Shown piece by piece: positions 49,654 to 62,463 of a stretch of 64,000 nt of DNA (the first letter of the stretch is position 1; every line of letters starts with the position of its first letter). The stretch spans positions 87,483,633 through 87,547,632 of the forward strand of contig NC_057719.1 in the NCBI RefSeq assembly GCF_004010195.1. The letters are read 5' to 3'. The notes beneath the pieces were generated by a model, which searched no databases, was not told where the DNA came from, and was given only the letters and a program-made list of their open reading frames with translations. A program made the translations under genes and the position numbers. The DNA is from Chiloscyllium plagiosum (lineage: Eukaryota).

Positions 49654-51329
49654 CACGGGCAGCCTGTCCCTATTTGCCCTTGAGAAGGTGGTGATGTGGA
49701 AGCAGAGGCCAAGGGAGAATCCAAGCATGCCTCTGGGAGGGAGGCAAGGGAGTGTGAGCAGAGAAGAATGCTCAAGCACAGGACATGCTACATTTTCCTG
49801 CCTCCTTCTCACGGGTCTGAGACCCCTCACCCTCATTTCAAGTGAAACAGAGATTTACTTGTCCTTCTTTCAATATAATCGACCATATTCACTGTTCATG
49901 AAGTGGTCTGCTCCATAATGGGGAGACCAAATGTAGACTAGGTGATCCCTTTGGAGAACATCTTTGTTCAGTGACTGAGCATGACCCAGCATTCCACTGT
50001 TCAGCATTCCAATTCTCCCAGCCTGACCTCTCTATCCTGCTACACTTGAAAGAAGTTCAAGGAATAGCATCTCATCTTGCGATGCACTTTACAGCTTTCT
50101 GCACTCAATATGGATTTCAACAATCTTAGATAGTAACCTTTGCTTACATCCTGTTTTGTTTTTGTTGGCTTCTTTCTTTATTCCTTCATCTCACATTCAT
50201 ACATAATCTTTGTTTCTTAACATATCCAGTAATACATTTTTTCGCTAGTTTACATTGTGAAAACTCCTCTTCTCTCCATCCTATCACAGTCATTCCTTAT
50301 GGTCTATCTTGCCCCTCCCTCTCCTACTAGCTAAAACACTGTCACGTGTTAACCTATCCATCAGTTTAGATGAAAAGTCATTGGCTTGAAACAATTGCAA
50401 TCTTACTCTTCAAAAATGCTGCCTCAGCATTCTGTCAGCATGTTTTAATTTAACATTTTAAAAATATATTCACTCATTGGATGTGGGTGTCACTGGCTGG
50501 GCAGCCTGTCCCTATTTGCCCTTGAGAAGGTGGTGGTGAGCTGCCTTCTTGAACCGCTGCAGTCCACCTGCTGTGGGTTGACCCACAATGCCCTTAGGGA
50601 GGGAGTCCAGGATTTTGACCCAATGGTGATATATTTCCAAGTCAGGATGGTGAGTGGCTTGGACAGGAACTTGCAAATGGTGGTTTTCCCACATATCTGC
50701 TGCCCTTGCCCTTCTGGATGGAAGTAGACAGACTTTAGGGCAATAGGAGGTGAGTTGCTTGCTACAGAACTCCTAGCCTTTAACCTGCTCTTTAGACATA
50801 TGAATGTCCAGTTCAGTTCCTGGTCAATGGTAGCTCCCAGCATGTTAATAGTTGGGGATTCAGCGATAGTACCAATGAACATTAAAGGACTATATCAATG
50901 GGCTAGGTTATCTATATGCCTCGTCCAGTTCAGTTTCATGGATAACCTCTGGGATGTTGATAGCTGGGGATTCAGTGATGGTAATGCCATGGAATATTAA
51001 GAGTAAATGGTTAAATTCTCTCTTGTGCGAGACGGTCATTCCCTTCTCCTCCACTGAATTTTTAATTGTCCTTCATGACTGGATGTGGCAGGACTGCAGA
51101 GCTTAGATCTGATCCGTTGGTTGCCGGATCGCTTAGCTCTGTCTAGCACTCACTACATATGTTGCTGGACATACAAGTAGTCCCATTTGATTGACTCCTC
51201 ATTTTTAGGAATGTCTGGTGCTATCCTATTACAGCCTCCATTGAAGCATGATACAATTATATACAAAACTCTGGAGAATCCCTCTGACAGTCTCTAACAC
51301 ATACATAGACACAGGGTAGAAGTGAGTAC

Positions 51330-51545
51330 CTGACACATTGTTAACGGAACCTGCTGTATGGCCACGACTGCCAAATCGCCCAGTCTCTTCACTTCACCAG
51401 AATATGCCGCTATCTCTTTCTCCAGACGCATGTGACGCTGCAGGAGGGCGTCAGCACTGGCCTCATCCTTTCCACAATCCCCACTTTCCAGAAGAGGCTG
51501 TTTCTCGAGCAGCCAGGAACGGGCCTCGTTGATATCTGCGAAATA
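51330..51545 (-). CDS. SPTBN5: Beta-spectrin exon 6
   Basis: YFADINEARSWLLEKQPLLESGDCGKDEASADALLQRHMRLEKEI...; cctcag|...|gtactc; 216 nt, phase 0->0. Confidence 0.88.
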
Positions 51546-52194
51546 CTGAGGGGACGAGACCAAGAAACCTGCTCATTTAGATGCAGTGGCAACCCCCCCT
51601 GTTAACAACCCACCGACCACCTCACAGCCTCACAAAGGCTTCTTATGAAAGAAACACTTCTTACTGGTCTTCATGTAATCAACAGTTCATGCAAGATACA
51701 AGACATCTGTTCTTTTTTTTTCTGATGTTGATCAGGAGCCATGTCAAAACATTTAAAACTGTTAAGGAGTTCGATAGATTAGAACCCAGTGGGATGTTAC
51801 TTCTGCCCAAAGGCTCTAGAACTGGGGGACAAGTCACAGAACAAGACTTCAGCTATTTTGGACTGACATTCTTGTGCCAAATTTGATTTCTCTACTCCAG
51901 GAAGCTGCAGATCCTCGCTCTGTAGGATACCCAAGAGAAAGATTGATGGCATTTTGAGCATTGAGTGCATTATAGAATATGGGGATAGTGCAGGAACATC
52001 CGACTTATACTGCTGATCAGCAATGAGCTTAGTGAACTGAGTTTGAACAACAGAATAGCCCCCTATTGCTTATGTTCTTGTGTTCAACTGTAAATGGATC
52101 CTCCGGATATATTTGGATTCTGGCTACAGTGGTTTGTTGTAAAGATTCTCACCCAGTCACCCAACTTAGTCTCTGCTCCTTGGTCATATCTCAC

Positions 52195-52395
52195 CTGTTT
52201 GATAGTCAGTGCAGCTTGCAGCCGAGAGTTCCTAATTGCAACCTCATCCTTTAACTGCTGCCATTGCTTCTGGAGGGTATTGACCCATCTCCTCACCTCC
52301 TTCTCGCAGTCCAAACTTCGCTGGTACAGATGCTGGCCCTTCCTCACTACTGAGAAACATATCGACTGGTGGCTGTTAACCTCCGACTCCAGGGC
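52195..52395 (-). CDS. SPTBN5: Beta-spectrin exon 5
   Basis: ALESEVNSHQ...LQKQWQQLKDEVAIRNSRLQAALTIKQ; ttccaag|...|gtgaga; 201 nt, phase 0->0. Confidence 0.9.
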
Positions 52396-52459
52396 CTTGG
52401 AAAACAAGAACAATCAGTATATGTCACAGACTCCAACTACACTGTGCTCTCACTCACAC

Positions 52460-53157
52460 CATGCTCTGAGACACTGGCCCCTGTCTCACACGCCCTCCAC
52501 GCTCTGGGGCACTGGCCCCTACCTCACACTTCCTCCACCCTCTGGGACACTGGCCCCTACCTCCACACTCCCTCCACACTCTGGGACACTGGCCCCTGTC
52601 TCACACCCCCTCCACACTCCGGGACACTGGCCCTGTCTCACACACCCTCTACGCTCTGGGACACTGGTCCATCTCACACCCCTTCCACGCTCTGGGACAC
52701 TGGTCCCTGTCTCACACCCCCTCCATGCTCTGGGACACTGGTCCCTGTCTCACACCCCTTCCATGCTCTGGGACACTGGTCCCTGTCTCACACCCCCTCC
52801 ACACTCTGGGACACTGGTCCCTGTCTCACACTCCCTCCACGTTCTGGGACACTGGTCCCTGTCTCACACCCCCTCCATGCTCTGGGACACTGGTCCCTGT
52901 CTCACACGCCCTCCACACTCTGGGACACTGGCTCTGTCTCACACCCCTTCCACGCTCTGGGACACTGGCCCTTGTCTCACACTCCCCCCACGCTCTGGGA
53001 CACTGGCCCCTGTCTCATACTCTCCCCACACTCTGGTACACTGGCCCCTGTCTCACACTCCCTCCACGCTCTGGGACACTGGTCCCTGTCTCACACTCCC
53101 TCCACGCTCTGGGACACTGGCCCCTGTCTCACACCCTCCATGCTCTGGGACACTGGC
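52460..53157. repeat. 38-bp minisatellite, ~18 units (CTCTGGGACACTGGTCCCTGTCTCACACCCCCTCCACG)
   Basis: ctctggg period 38 (52690, 52728); fills most of the intron between exons 4 and 5. Confidence 0.95.
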
Positions 53158-53258
53158 TTCAGGAGTCCACGTGTCCCTGATCCATGCCTGGAATGACAGT
53201 GCACATTGTGGCAGCTGAGTGCAGTGAGGCATGTTACCATGGTTATCCCAGCCTGTAC

Positions 53259-53412
53259 CTTGTGTTTCTGGATCAACACTGCGATCTGGGTGACATCACG
53301 GCCTAACGCTGCTGTCCGCACCAACTGCCACTTCTCGAAAATCCAGGCCTCCTCCTCATCACAGTCCCGGAAAAACTCAAACAATTGGTGTTGCTGCTTC
53401 AGTTTAGAACGC
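53259..53412 (-). CDS. SPTBN5: Beta-spectrin exon 4
   Basis: RSKLKQQHQLFEFFRDCDEEEAWIFEKWQLVRTAALGRDVTQIAVLIQKHK; atacag|...|gtacag; 154 nt, phase 2->0. Confidence 0.9.
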
Positions 53413-53715
53413 CTGTATTAACAAGAGAAATGACTAAGGCCACAGTGAAAAAGAGAGGGAGAGAGAGAAAGAGCAAGAGAGCGCGGGAGAGGGAGAGAGA
53501 GAAAGAGAGCGAGAGAGAGAGAGAGAGACCCCGAGAGACAGCAAGAGAGAGTCCAAGAGACCATGAAAGACACCAAGTGACTGAGAGACAATGTACTTCC
53601 TCCCAGTCACTACACCTTTCTCCCTTATAGCAGGAACCTGGGGAGACTGCCAAGGTTCACATCACATTCTTACCAAACCGGTATCAGTTGTGTTTTATGC
53701 TGGATGATAACTGAC

Positions 53716-53948
53716 CTAACTTTGCTGAGTTCCAGGAGGTTGGTGTAAGCATCATTGAGCTCCTTAAGTTTGCCCTGAAACAGGTCAGTGTTCAGCTCAC
53801 TGCTCCTGCTGAGGTGGTCAGCCTTCTCATTGATGTGTTTCAGATTCTCTCCGTGAGATGAAATTTGAGAATCGATCAGGTTGTGCTTGTGTACCATGTC
53901 CTCCACATCAAGTAGATGCTTACCGTAATCACTCGAGCTTACCAGGGC
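53716..53948 (-). CDS. SPTBN5: Beta-spectrin exon 3
   Basis: ALVSSSDYGKHLLDVEDMVHKHNLIDSQI...LLELSKV; ctccag|...|gtcagt; 233 nt, phase 0->2. Confidence 0.9.
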
Positions 53949-54114
53949 CTGGAGGAGGAGAGAGGAACAAAGCTGGATCACAACTAGAGCTCTTCTGCAC
54001 TTTCCATCATTGTCTTGAAGGGACTGATACCACCCTTTTACATATTATAGCCAACTTTATTTTAACCGGCACCTTAATCAACTGGCAATTTTGATAAATC
54101 AACACATAAATATA

Positions 54115-56160
54115 GATTAGAGTGGTGCTGGAAAAGCACAGCAGGTAAGGCAGCATCCGAGGAGCAGGAAAGCCGACATTTCAGGCAAAAGCCCTTCACC
54201 AGGAATGAGGCTTCTGGGCCAGGAGGAGCTGAGAGATAAATGGGAGGGGGATGGGGCTGGGGGAAGGTAGCTGGGAATGTGATAGGTGGATGAAGTGGTG
54301 GGGAAAGGCAATAGGTCGGAGAGAAGGGTGGAGCAGATAGATGGGAAAGACGATGGACAGATCAAGAGGGCAGTGCTGAGTTCGAAGGTTGGATCTGGGA
54401 TAAGGTGGGGGAGGGGAAATGAGGAAACTGGTGAAATCCACATTGATCCCGTGTGGTTGGAGGGTGCCAAGGTGGAAGACGAGGCATTCTTCCTCCGGGC
54501 GTCGGGTGGTTAAGTTTTGGCAATGGAGGAGGCCCAGGACCTGCATGTTCTTGGTGGAGTGGGAGGGGGAGTTGAAGTGTTCAGCCACGGGACAGTGGGG
54601 TTGGCGGATGCAGATGTCCCAGAGATGTTCTCTGAAATGATCTGCAAATTGGCGTCCTGTCCCCCCGATGTTGAGGAGACCATATGGCAATGGATAGAGT
54701 AGATGACATTGGCCGAGGTACAGGTAATTTCTGTCGATGTGGAAGGATCCTTTGGGGCCTTGAACAGAGGTGAGCAGGGAGGAGTGGGCGTAGGTTTTGT
54801 ACTTCCTGCGATGGTAGGGGAAGGTGCCGGGAGTGGGGCGTGGGCTGGTGGGGGTGGTGGACAAGAGAGACGCGGAGGGAATGGCCCCTCCGAAACGCTG
54901 TTAGGGGTGGGGTGGAAAATATATCAGAGAGGTGTCCGAGATAGTCTAGGTGAATTTGAGGTTGGGGTGAAAGGTGTTGGTGAAGTTGATGAACCGTCCA
55001 ATGCCTCGTGGGAGAACAAAGTAGCGCCGATACAGTCATCGATGTAGCGGAAGAACAGGTGGGGGTTGGTGCCGGTGTAGCTGCGGAAGATGGACTATTC
55101 CATGTACCCAACAAAGAGGCAGGCATAGCTGTGTCCCATGCGGGTGGGAGGATTGGAAGGAGAAGTTTTTGAGGGTGAGGACCAGTTCAACCAGGCTGAT
55201 GAGGGTGTCAGTGGAATGGTACTGGTTGGGACGGTGTGAGACGAAGAAATGGAGGGCTTTGGAGGCCTTCATCGTGGTGGATTGATGTGTACAGGGACTG
55301 GGTGTCCATGGTGAAGATGAGGCATTAGGGGCCAGGGAAACCAAAATCTTGGAGAAGGTGAAGGGTGTGGGTGGTGTCCCAAACATAGGTGGGGAGTTCC
55401 TCGACTAAGGGGGACAGGATGGTGTCAAGGTAAGAAGAGATGAGTTCAGTGGGACTGGAACAGGCTGAGACAATGGGTTGACCGGGGAAATCAGGTTTGA
55501 GAATCTTCGGAAGGAGATAGAATCAGACGGTTTGGGGTTCATGGACAATGAGGCTTTAGGTGGGAGATCTCCAGAGGTGGTGAGGATGTGGATGGTCTGG
55601 GACATGAAGGTTTGGTGATGGGAGGTGAAGTCATGGTTGAGGGGACAGAAGGAGGAGGTGTCTGTGAGTTGGCACCTGGCTTCAGCGGTGCAGAGGTCAG
55701 TGTGCCAAACTACCACAGAGCCCCCTTGTCTGCTGGTTTGATGGTAAAGCTGGGGTTGGAGTGGAGGGAGTGGATGGCTGCATGCTGCGAGGGTGGGAGG
55801 TTGGAGTGGGTGAGGGGGGGGGGGTGGACAGGTTGTGGCAGTCGATGTCACAGCGGCAGTTTGAAATGAAGAGGTCAAGGGTGGGTAACAGGCCAGCACG
55901 GGGTGTCCAGGTGGATGGGATTTATTGGAAGCGAGAGAAGGGGTCCTCGGTGGGTGAGCAGGTGCCTTGATTGAAAAAATGGGCCCGGAGGCAGATGCGG
56001 CTGAAGAAATGTTCAATGTTGCAACGCAGCGGAAGAAATGTGTTGATCTCATTAATCCGCGAGCAGAGAGGGATGAAGGTGAGGCCTTTGCTGAGGACTG
56101 AACTTTCATCCTCAGTGAGGGGGAGGTCTGGGGGAATAGTAAAAACACGGCAGGGCACCA
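54115..56160 (-). mobile_element. Penelope-like retroelement remnant (RT, GIY-YIG endonuclease, pseudo-LTR)
   Basis: Minus-strand FRYIDD near 55035-55055; IGGTGRQFADHFREH...VAEHFNSPSH...LQPHGIN; VLSKGLTFIP at the N-terminus; frameshifted. Confidence 0.88.
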
Positions 56161-56361
56161 CACTCTCGACTCTGTAATTCTCTATCCTGATACGACTTCT
56201 ACCTAGCTAATAGAGCAACTACTGACAGTCTACAAAAAGCTGCCTTGGGATCCTCAGTGAGCTAGTTACTGCAAAACATACTAAGGTTCAGAAGAGGGAT
56301 ATCCAAGGGACAATGATAGATCCTCTCTCATATTTCATGTGCACAGAGGTTTCAGACTGAG

Positions 56362-59300
56362 AGTCATAGAAATGTGCAGCATGGAAAGAGACCCTTCAGT
56401 CTAACTCATCCATGCCGACCAGATATCCTAAATTAATTTTGTCCCATTTGGCAGCATTTTGTCCATATCCCTCTCAATCTTCCTATTTACATAACCATCC
56501 AGACACTTTTTAAATGCTGTAATTGTACCAGCCTCCACCACTTCCTCTGGCAACTCATTCCATACACACACCGCCCTCTGCATTAAAATGTTGCCTCTTA
56601 GGTCTGTTTTAAATGTTCCCCCTCTCACCTTAAATCTCTGCCGTCTAGTTTTGGACTCCCCCATCTCAGGGAAAAGACCATGTCTATTTACCCTATTCAT
56701 GTCCTTCAGAATCAGAGTCATACAGCATGGAAACAGACCCTTCAGTCTAACTCGTCCATGCCAAACATAATCCCAATCTAAAACTAGTCCCTTCTGCCTG
56801 CCCCTGGCCATTATCCCACCAAACCTTACCACTTCATGTATCTATCCAAAAGGCTTTTAAACATTGTAATTGTACCCGCATCCACCACTTCCTCAGGAAG
56901 TTCATTCCACATGTCAACCACCCCTCTGTGCAAAAAATTTGCCTCTTATGTCTTATTTAAATTGCTCTCCTCTCAGCTTAAAAATGTGCCCCCTAGTCTT
57001 GAAATTCCCCAATTTAGGGAAAAGGCAGCTACCATCAACTCTAACTAAACCTCTCATTATTTTGTAAACTTCTATCAGGTCACCTCAAAACCTCCCACGC
57101 TCCAGTGAAAAAAGTCCCAGCCTATTTAGCCTTTCTTTATAATTCAAACCTTCCATACCCGGCAACATCCTGGTAAATCTCTTCTAAACCCTCTCTAGTT
57201 TGATCATATCTTCCTTATAATTGGGTGATCAGTACTGGACACAGTATTCCAGAAGATGCCTCACCAATGTCCTGTACAACATCAACATAATATCCCAATC
57301 CTACACACAAAGGACTGAGCAATGAAGGCAAGCGTATTAAAAGTCTTTTTAACCATCCTGTCTCATAATTTTATAAACCTCTATAAGGTCACCTCTCAGT
57401 CTCTGACACTCGAGGGGAAATAGCCCCAGCCTATTCAGCATCTCTCTGTAGCTCAAACCCTCCAACCCCAGCAACATCCTTGTAAATCTTTTCTGAACCC
57501 TTTCAAGTTTCACAACATCCTTCCTATAGGAAGGAGACCAAAATTGCACACAATATTCCAATAGTGGCCTAACCAATGCCCTGTACAGCTGGAACATGAC
57601 CTCCCAACTCCTATACTCAATGCACTGACCAATAAAGGAAAGCATACCAAACGCTTCTTCACTATCCTATCCACCTTCAAGGAGCTATGAAACTGCAATC
57701 CAAGGTTTCTATGTTCAGCTACATTCCCCAAGACCTTCCCATTAAGTGTACAAGTCCTTCTCTGATCTGTCTTTCCAAAATGCAGCAGCTCACATTTATC
57801 TAAAGTAAACTCCATTTGCCACTCGTCAGCTCAATGGTCCATCTGATCAAGATCCTGTTGTAATCTGAAGTAATCTTCTTCGCTGTCCACTAACCTCCAA
57901 TTTTGGTATCATCTGCAAACTTACTAACTATACCTCCTATGCTCAAATCCAAATTATTTATAGAAATGACAAAAAGCAGTGCACCCAGCACTGATCTTTG
58001 TGGCACACCGCTGGTCACAGGCTTCCAGTCTGAAAAACAACCTTCCACCACCACTGTCTGTCTTTGAGCCAGTTCTGTATCCAAATGGCTAGTTCTTCCT
58101 ATATTCCATGTGATCTAACCTTGCTAACCAGTCTACCATGTGAAACCTTGTAAAAAACCTTACGGAAGTCCAAATAGATCACATCCACCACTCTGCCCTC
58201 ATCAATCTCTTCATTACTTCTTCAAAAATCTCATTCTAGTTTGTGAGACACAATTTCTCACACACAAAGCCATGTTGAGTATCCCTATCTTTACCTTCCC
58301 AAATTCTCCATAATCACCTGGTGAAGAAGCAGCGTTCCAAAAGCTAGTGCTTCCAAATAAACCTGTCTTTCCAAATACATGTAAATCCTGTCCCTCAGAT
58401 TCCCTCTAACAACTTGCCTATCACTGATGTTAGGCTCACCAGTCTGCAGTTCCCTGGCTTTTCCTTACCACATTTCTTAAATAGTGGCACCACGTTAACC
58501 AACCTCCAGTCTTCCAGCACCTCACCTGTGACTATCAATGATACAAATACCTCAGCAAGGGGCCCAGTAATCACTTTCCTAGCTTCCCACAGAGTTCTAG
58601 CATACATCTGATCGGGTCCTGGGGATTTATCCACATATATGCTTTTTAAGACATCCAGCACCTCCACCACTGTAATATGGACATTTTTCAAGATGTCACC
58701 ATCTATTTCCCCATATTCCATGTCCTTCTCCACAGTAAACACTGATGCAAACTACTCATTTAGTATCTCCCCCATCTCCTGCGATTCCAAAGAAGGCCTT
58801 GCTGATCTTTATGGGGCCCTATTCTCTCCCTAGTTACCCTTCCAACCTTGATGTATTTGTAGAATCCCTTTGAATTCTCCTTAAGCCTATTTGCCAAAGC
58901 TATCTCATGTCCCCTTTTTGCCCTCCTGATTTCTCTCTTAGGTATATTTTTACTGTCTTTATACTCTTCTAAGGATTCACTCGATCTATCCTGTCTATAC
59001 TGACATGTGCTTCTTTCTTTTTCTTGATCAAAACCTCAATTCCTTTAGTCATCCAGCATTCCCTACACCTACCAGCCTTTCCTTTCAGCCTAACAGAAAT
59101 ATACTGTCTTTGGACTTCCCATTTTTCAGTCATCCCTTTACCTGCAAATATCTGCATCCAATCAATTTTTGAATGTCCTTGCCTAATACTGTCAAAATTG
59201 GTCTTACTCCAGTTTAGAACTTTAACTTTTAGATTCTATCTATCATTTTTCATCGCTATTTTAAAACTAATAGAATTATGGTCACTGACCCCAAAGTGCT

Positions 59301-60330
59301 CCCCCACTGACATCTCAGTCACCTGCCCTGCCTTATTGCCCAAGAGCAGATCAAGGTTCGCATCTTCTCTAGTAGGTACATGCACATACTAAATCAAAAC
59401 ATTTTCTTGTCTACACTTAACAAATTCCTTTCCAACCAAACACTACGGCAATCGAAGCTTATGCTTGCAAAGTTAAAATCCCCGAACATAACCACCCTCC
59501 TCTTCTCTCAGATAACTAAGATCTTACAAATTTGTTTCTCAATTTCTCACTGACTATTAGGGGGTCTATAGTACAGTCCCAATCAGATGATCATCCCTTC
59601 CATATTTCTCAGTTCCATCTAAATAACTTCCCTGGATGCATTCCCAGGAATATCCTCCCTAAGTACAGCTGTAATGTTATTCCTAATCAAAAATGCCACT
59701 CCTCCTCCTCTCTTGTTTCCCCCCCCCCTTCCTATCCTACCTGTAAGCAGTTTTCCCCTGGAACATTAAGCTGCCAGTCCTGTCCATCCCTGACCACGTT
59801 TCTGTAATTGCTATGATATCCCAGTCCCATGTTCCTAACCATGCCCTAAGTTCATCTGCCTTCCCTGTTAGGCCCTTTGCATTGAAATAAATGCAGTTTA
59901 ATTCATCAGTCCGACCTTATTCTCTGCTTTCTTCCTTCCTGCCCTGACTCACTCCTTTTCTTAACTGTACCAGTCTCAGACTGATCTCATTCCTTACTAT
60001 CTCCCTGGGTCCCAAGTCCCACTCCCTTGACCAGTTTAAATCCTCCCAAACAGCTCTCGCTAATCTCCCTGCCAGTATATTAGTCCCCTTCCAATTTAGG
60101 TGCAATCTGTCTTTCTTGTACAGGTCACTTCTATCCCAGAAGAGATTCCAATGATCCAAAAATGTGAATCCTTCTTCCCTGCACCAGCTCATCACCCACG
60201 CATCTGCTCTATCCTCCTATTCCTACCCTTACTAGCTACTGGCACTGGGAGTAATCCAGATATTACTACCTTCGAGGACCTCCTTTTTAAATTGCTGCCT
60301 AACTTCCTATATTCTCTCCTCAGAATCTTG
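56362..60330 (-). mobile_element. Long degraded CR1 LINE (ORF1 esterase, ORF2 EN/RT) with a nested second CR1 3' end (~56708-57355)
   Basis: DLYKKDRLHLNWKG (ORF1), KSPGPD, WRLVNVVPLFKK, GVPQRSVLG, KFADDTK, LVRPLLEYCVQFWSP. Confidence 0.9.
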
Positions 60331-60562
60331 AGCACAGATTCAAAATCTCACACATAAATTCACAAAAAGGGTTCAGAAAGCTTGGTGGAATGGGCAGATA
60401 AAAGACAGATACAATCTCTTTGAAGTGGAATGGAATACAATTTGAGACAGCAAGTCAGGAATGAGAGCGTAAACTGAAGAGTGTAGAGAGAGAGAGACAG
60501 TAAAAGGTGCCACTGCCATTCCATAATTTCCAAAACTGTAAACATAAATTGATTAACCACAA

Positions 60563-60910
60563 GTCCCTACAGTGTAGAAGCTAGCCATTCAGCCCATTGA
60601 GCCCACACTGACACCCCGAACAGCATCCCACCCACAGCCACTCCCACTCCCCTACTCTACCCCTGTAACTCTGCACTAGGCTAACACACCTAGTTTACAC
60701 ATCCCTGGACACTATGGGGCAATTTAGCAGCATCAATCCAACTAACCTACATATCTTTAGACTATGGGAGGAAACCAGAGCACCCAGAGGAAACCCACGC
60801 TGACACAGGGAGAATGTGCAAACTCCACACAGTCACCCAAAAGTAGAATCAGACCTTGGTCCCTGGTGCTGTGAGGCAGCAGTGCCAACTACTAAGCCAC
60901 CATGTTGCCC
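60563..60910 (-). mobile_element. HE1-like V-SINE (diverged)
   Basis: Same structure as the other copies. Confidence 0.8.
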
Positions 60911-61829
60911 AAAGTCGCAAATAGCTTTTGTGTTTTGTAAACGGGAGCAGAGAATTCAAGAGTGAAGTGGTCATGATGATTTTGAGTAACGCAATGGTTA
61001 GTCCCAGTTGAACAACATAACTGCGGTCATTTTTATATGATTCCTTCATGAGATGTGGGTGTTACTGGTGAGCCTGTATTTGCTCCCCATCCCTAATTAC
61101 CCTGGCGGCTTGCTGTGCCCTTTCAGAGAGCAGTTTAGAGTCAAATGGAATGGCTGTGGGTACTGGAGTCACATGTAGACTTGACCAGGTAAAAATGGCA
61201 TATTTCCCTCCCTAAAGGACCTCAGTGAACCAGATGAGTGCCGTTATAAAACTAGAATAGTAATGCTGTGGGGACACAAATCCAAATCCCAGCTGGTGGG
61301 AGTTAAATTCAATCAGAAATAGAGATCTAGTCCCAGCGATGGTAACTATCATCAACTGTCATAAAAATTTCTATCGGGTTACGAATAAAAGGAAATCTAT
61401 TTTCTTTATCTGGCCTAATGTGACTCCAGACTCACAGCAACGTGAATGACTCTTGTCTCCCTCTGAAATAGTTGAGCAAGCCACTTGTTTCAAAGGCAAT
61501 TAGGGAGGGCAACAAATATCAACCTTGCCAGTGTCGGCCATATCCAATGGAAGAATAAAGGGAGAAACATGCTGGGACGGTTTCATTTTCCCAGAGACCA
61601 GATCACTGGAACAAGTTGCTGTCTCAATTCAGATTTATCTGTTTGAATAGGGTTTCAATGACTATAAACAAAAGAGAGGGCAGTGCATCCTGCCTATCCA
61701 TTACTAACTTCACACATTGCTGGACAGACAGCTAGGGCCCTAAACACACTCAGCAATGCAGTCAGCACAGTTTCAATTCATGCAATATCGAGTGGCTCTC
61801 CTTTAACAAGTGTGAGTGGCCAATCTTAC

Positions 61830-61968
61830 TTGAATGGTCATTATTTCTTCGAAAATACTGTTAATATCTTGGAGTAAGGTGAGTGCAGACGTGGTCTTGT
61901 TCAGGGATTCTCTGCATTTACAGAGTTGTTGGAGAAGGTCTTGCCAGCGACGTTCAACATTCTGCTGC
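61830..61968 (-). CDS. SPTBN5: Beta-spectrin exon 2
   Basis: ctgcag|G CAG...; (R)QQNVERRWQDLLQQLCKCRESLNKTTSALTLLQDINSIFEEIMTIQ|gtaaga; 139 nt, phase 2->0; not in ORF track. Confidence 0.88.
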
Positions 61969-62089
61969 CTGCAGAGAAGGAAGAGATTTCAATCAGTGCA
62001 CCAGAGTTTGCATCCTGATCTGGTTCTGGACATCCCGGGGCACACATCTCCATTCCAAGCAGACAAGACAGTGTGACCTACTGATCCTC

Positions 62090-62375
62090 CGGTCCCTGTC
62101 TGGACATTGTCTGACCCACTGACCTGAGCCCCAGACCCGGTCAGGATAGCATCTGACTCCACTGACCTCTCCCACTCCCTGTCTGGATAGCGTCTGACTC
62201 CACTGACCTCTCCCACTCCCTGTCTGGATAGTGTCTGACCCACTGACTCCCCTACCCCCAGCCTCTGTCTGGACAGTGTCTGACCCACTGAACACCACTA
62301 CCCCCCCTCACCCACCCCAAACCCCAGTTCCTGTCTGGATAGTGTCTGACCCACAGACCCGAGCCCACAGACCCT
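62090..62375. repeat. ~41-bp degenerate minisatellite
   Basis: actgacctct at 62161 and 62202; recurring ctgtctgga(t/c)agtgtctgaccc. Confidence 0.85.
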
Positions 62376-62463
62376 GACAGGTCAGTGTCTGAAGCCCCCC
62401 ACCCTCCCTGATTGGATGATTAAACCACAACTATATGAATGACTGGCCGTGAGGTCACCGTAC

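Noticed and set aside
52094..53218. 374-aa and 275-aa plus-strand ORFs
   Set aside because: Stop-free 38-bp minisatellite plus the antisense of exon 5
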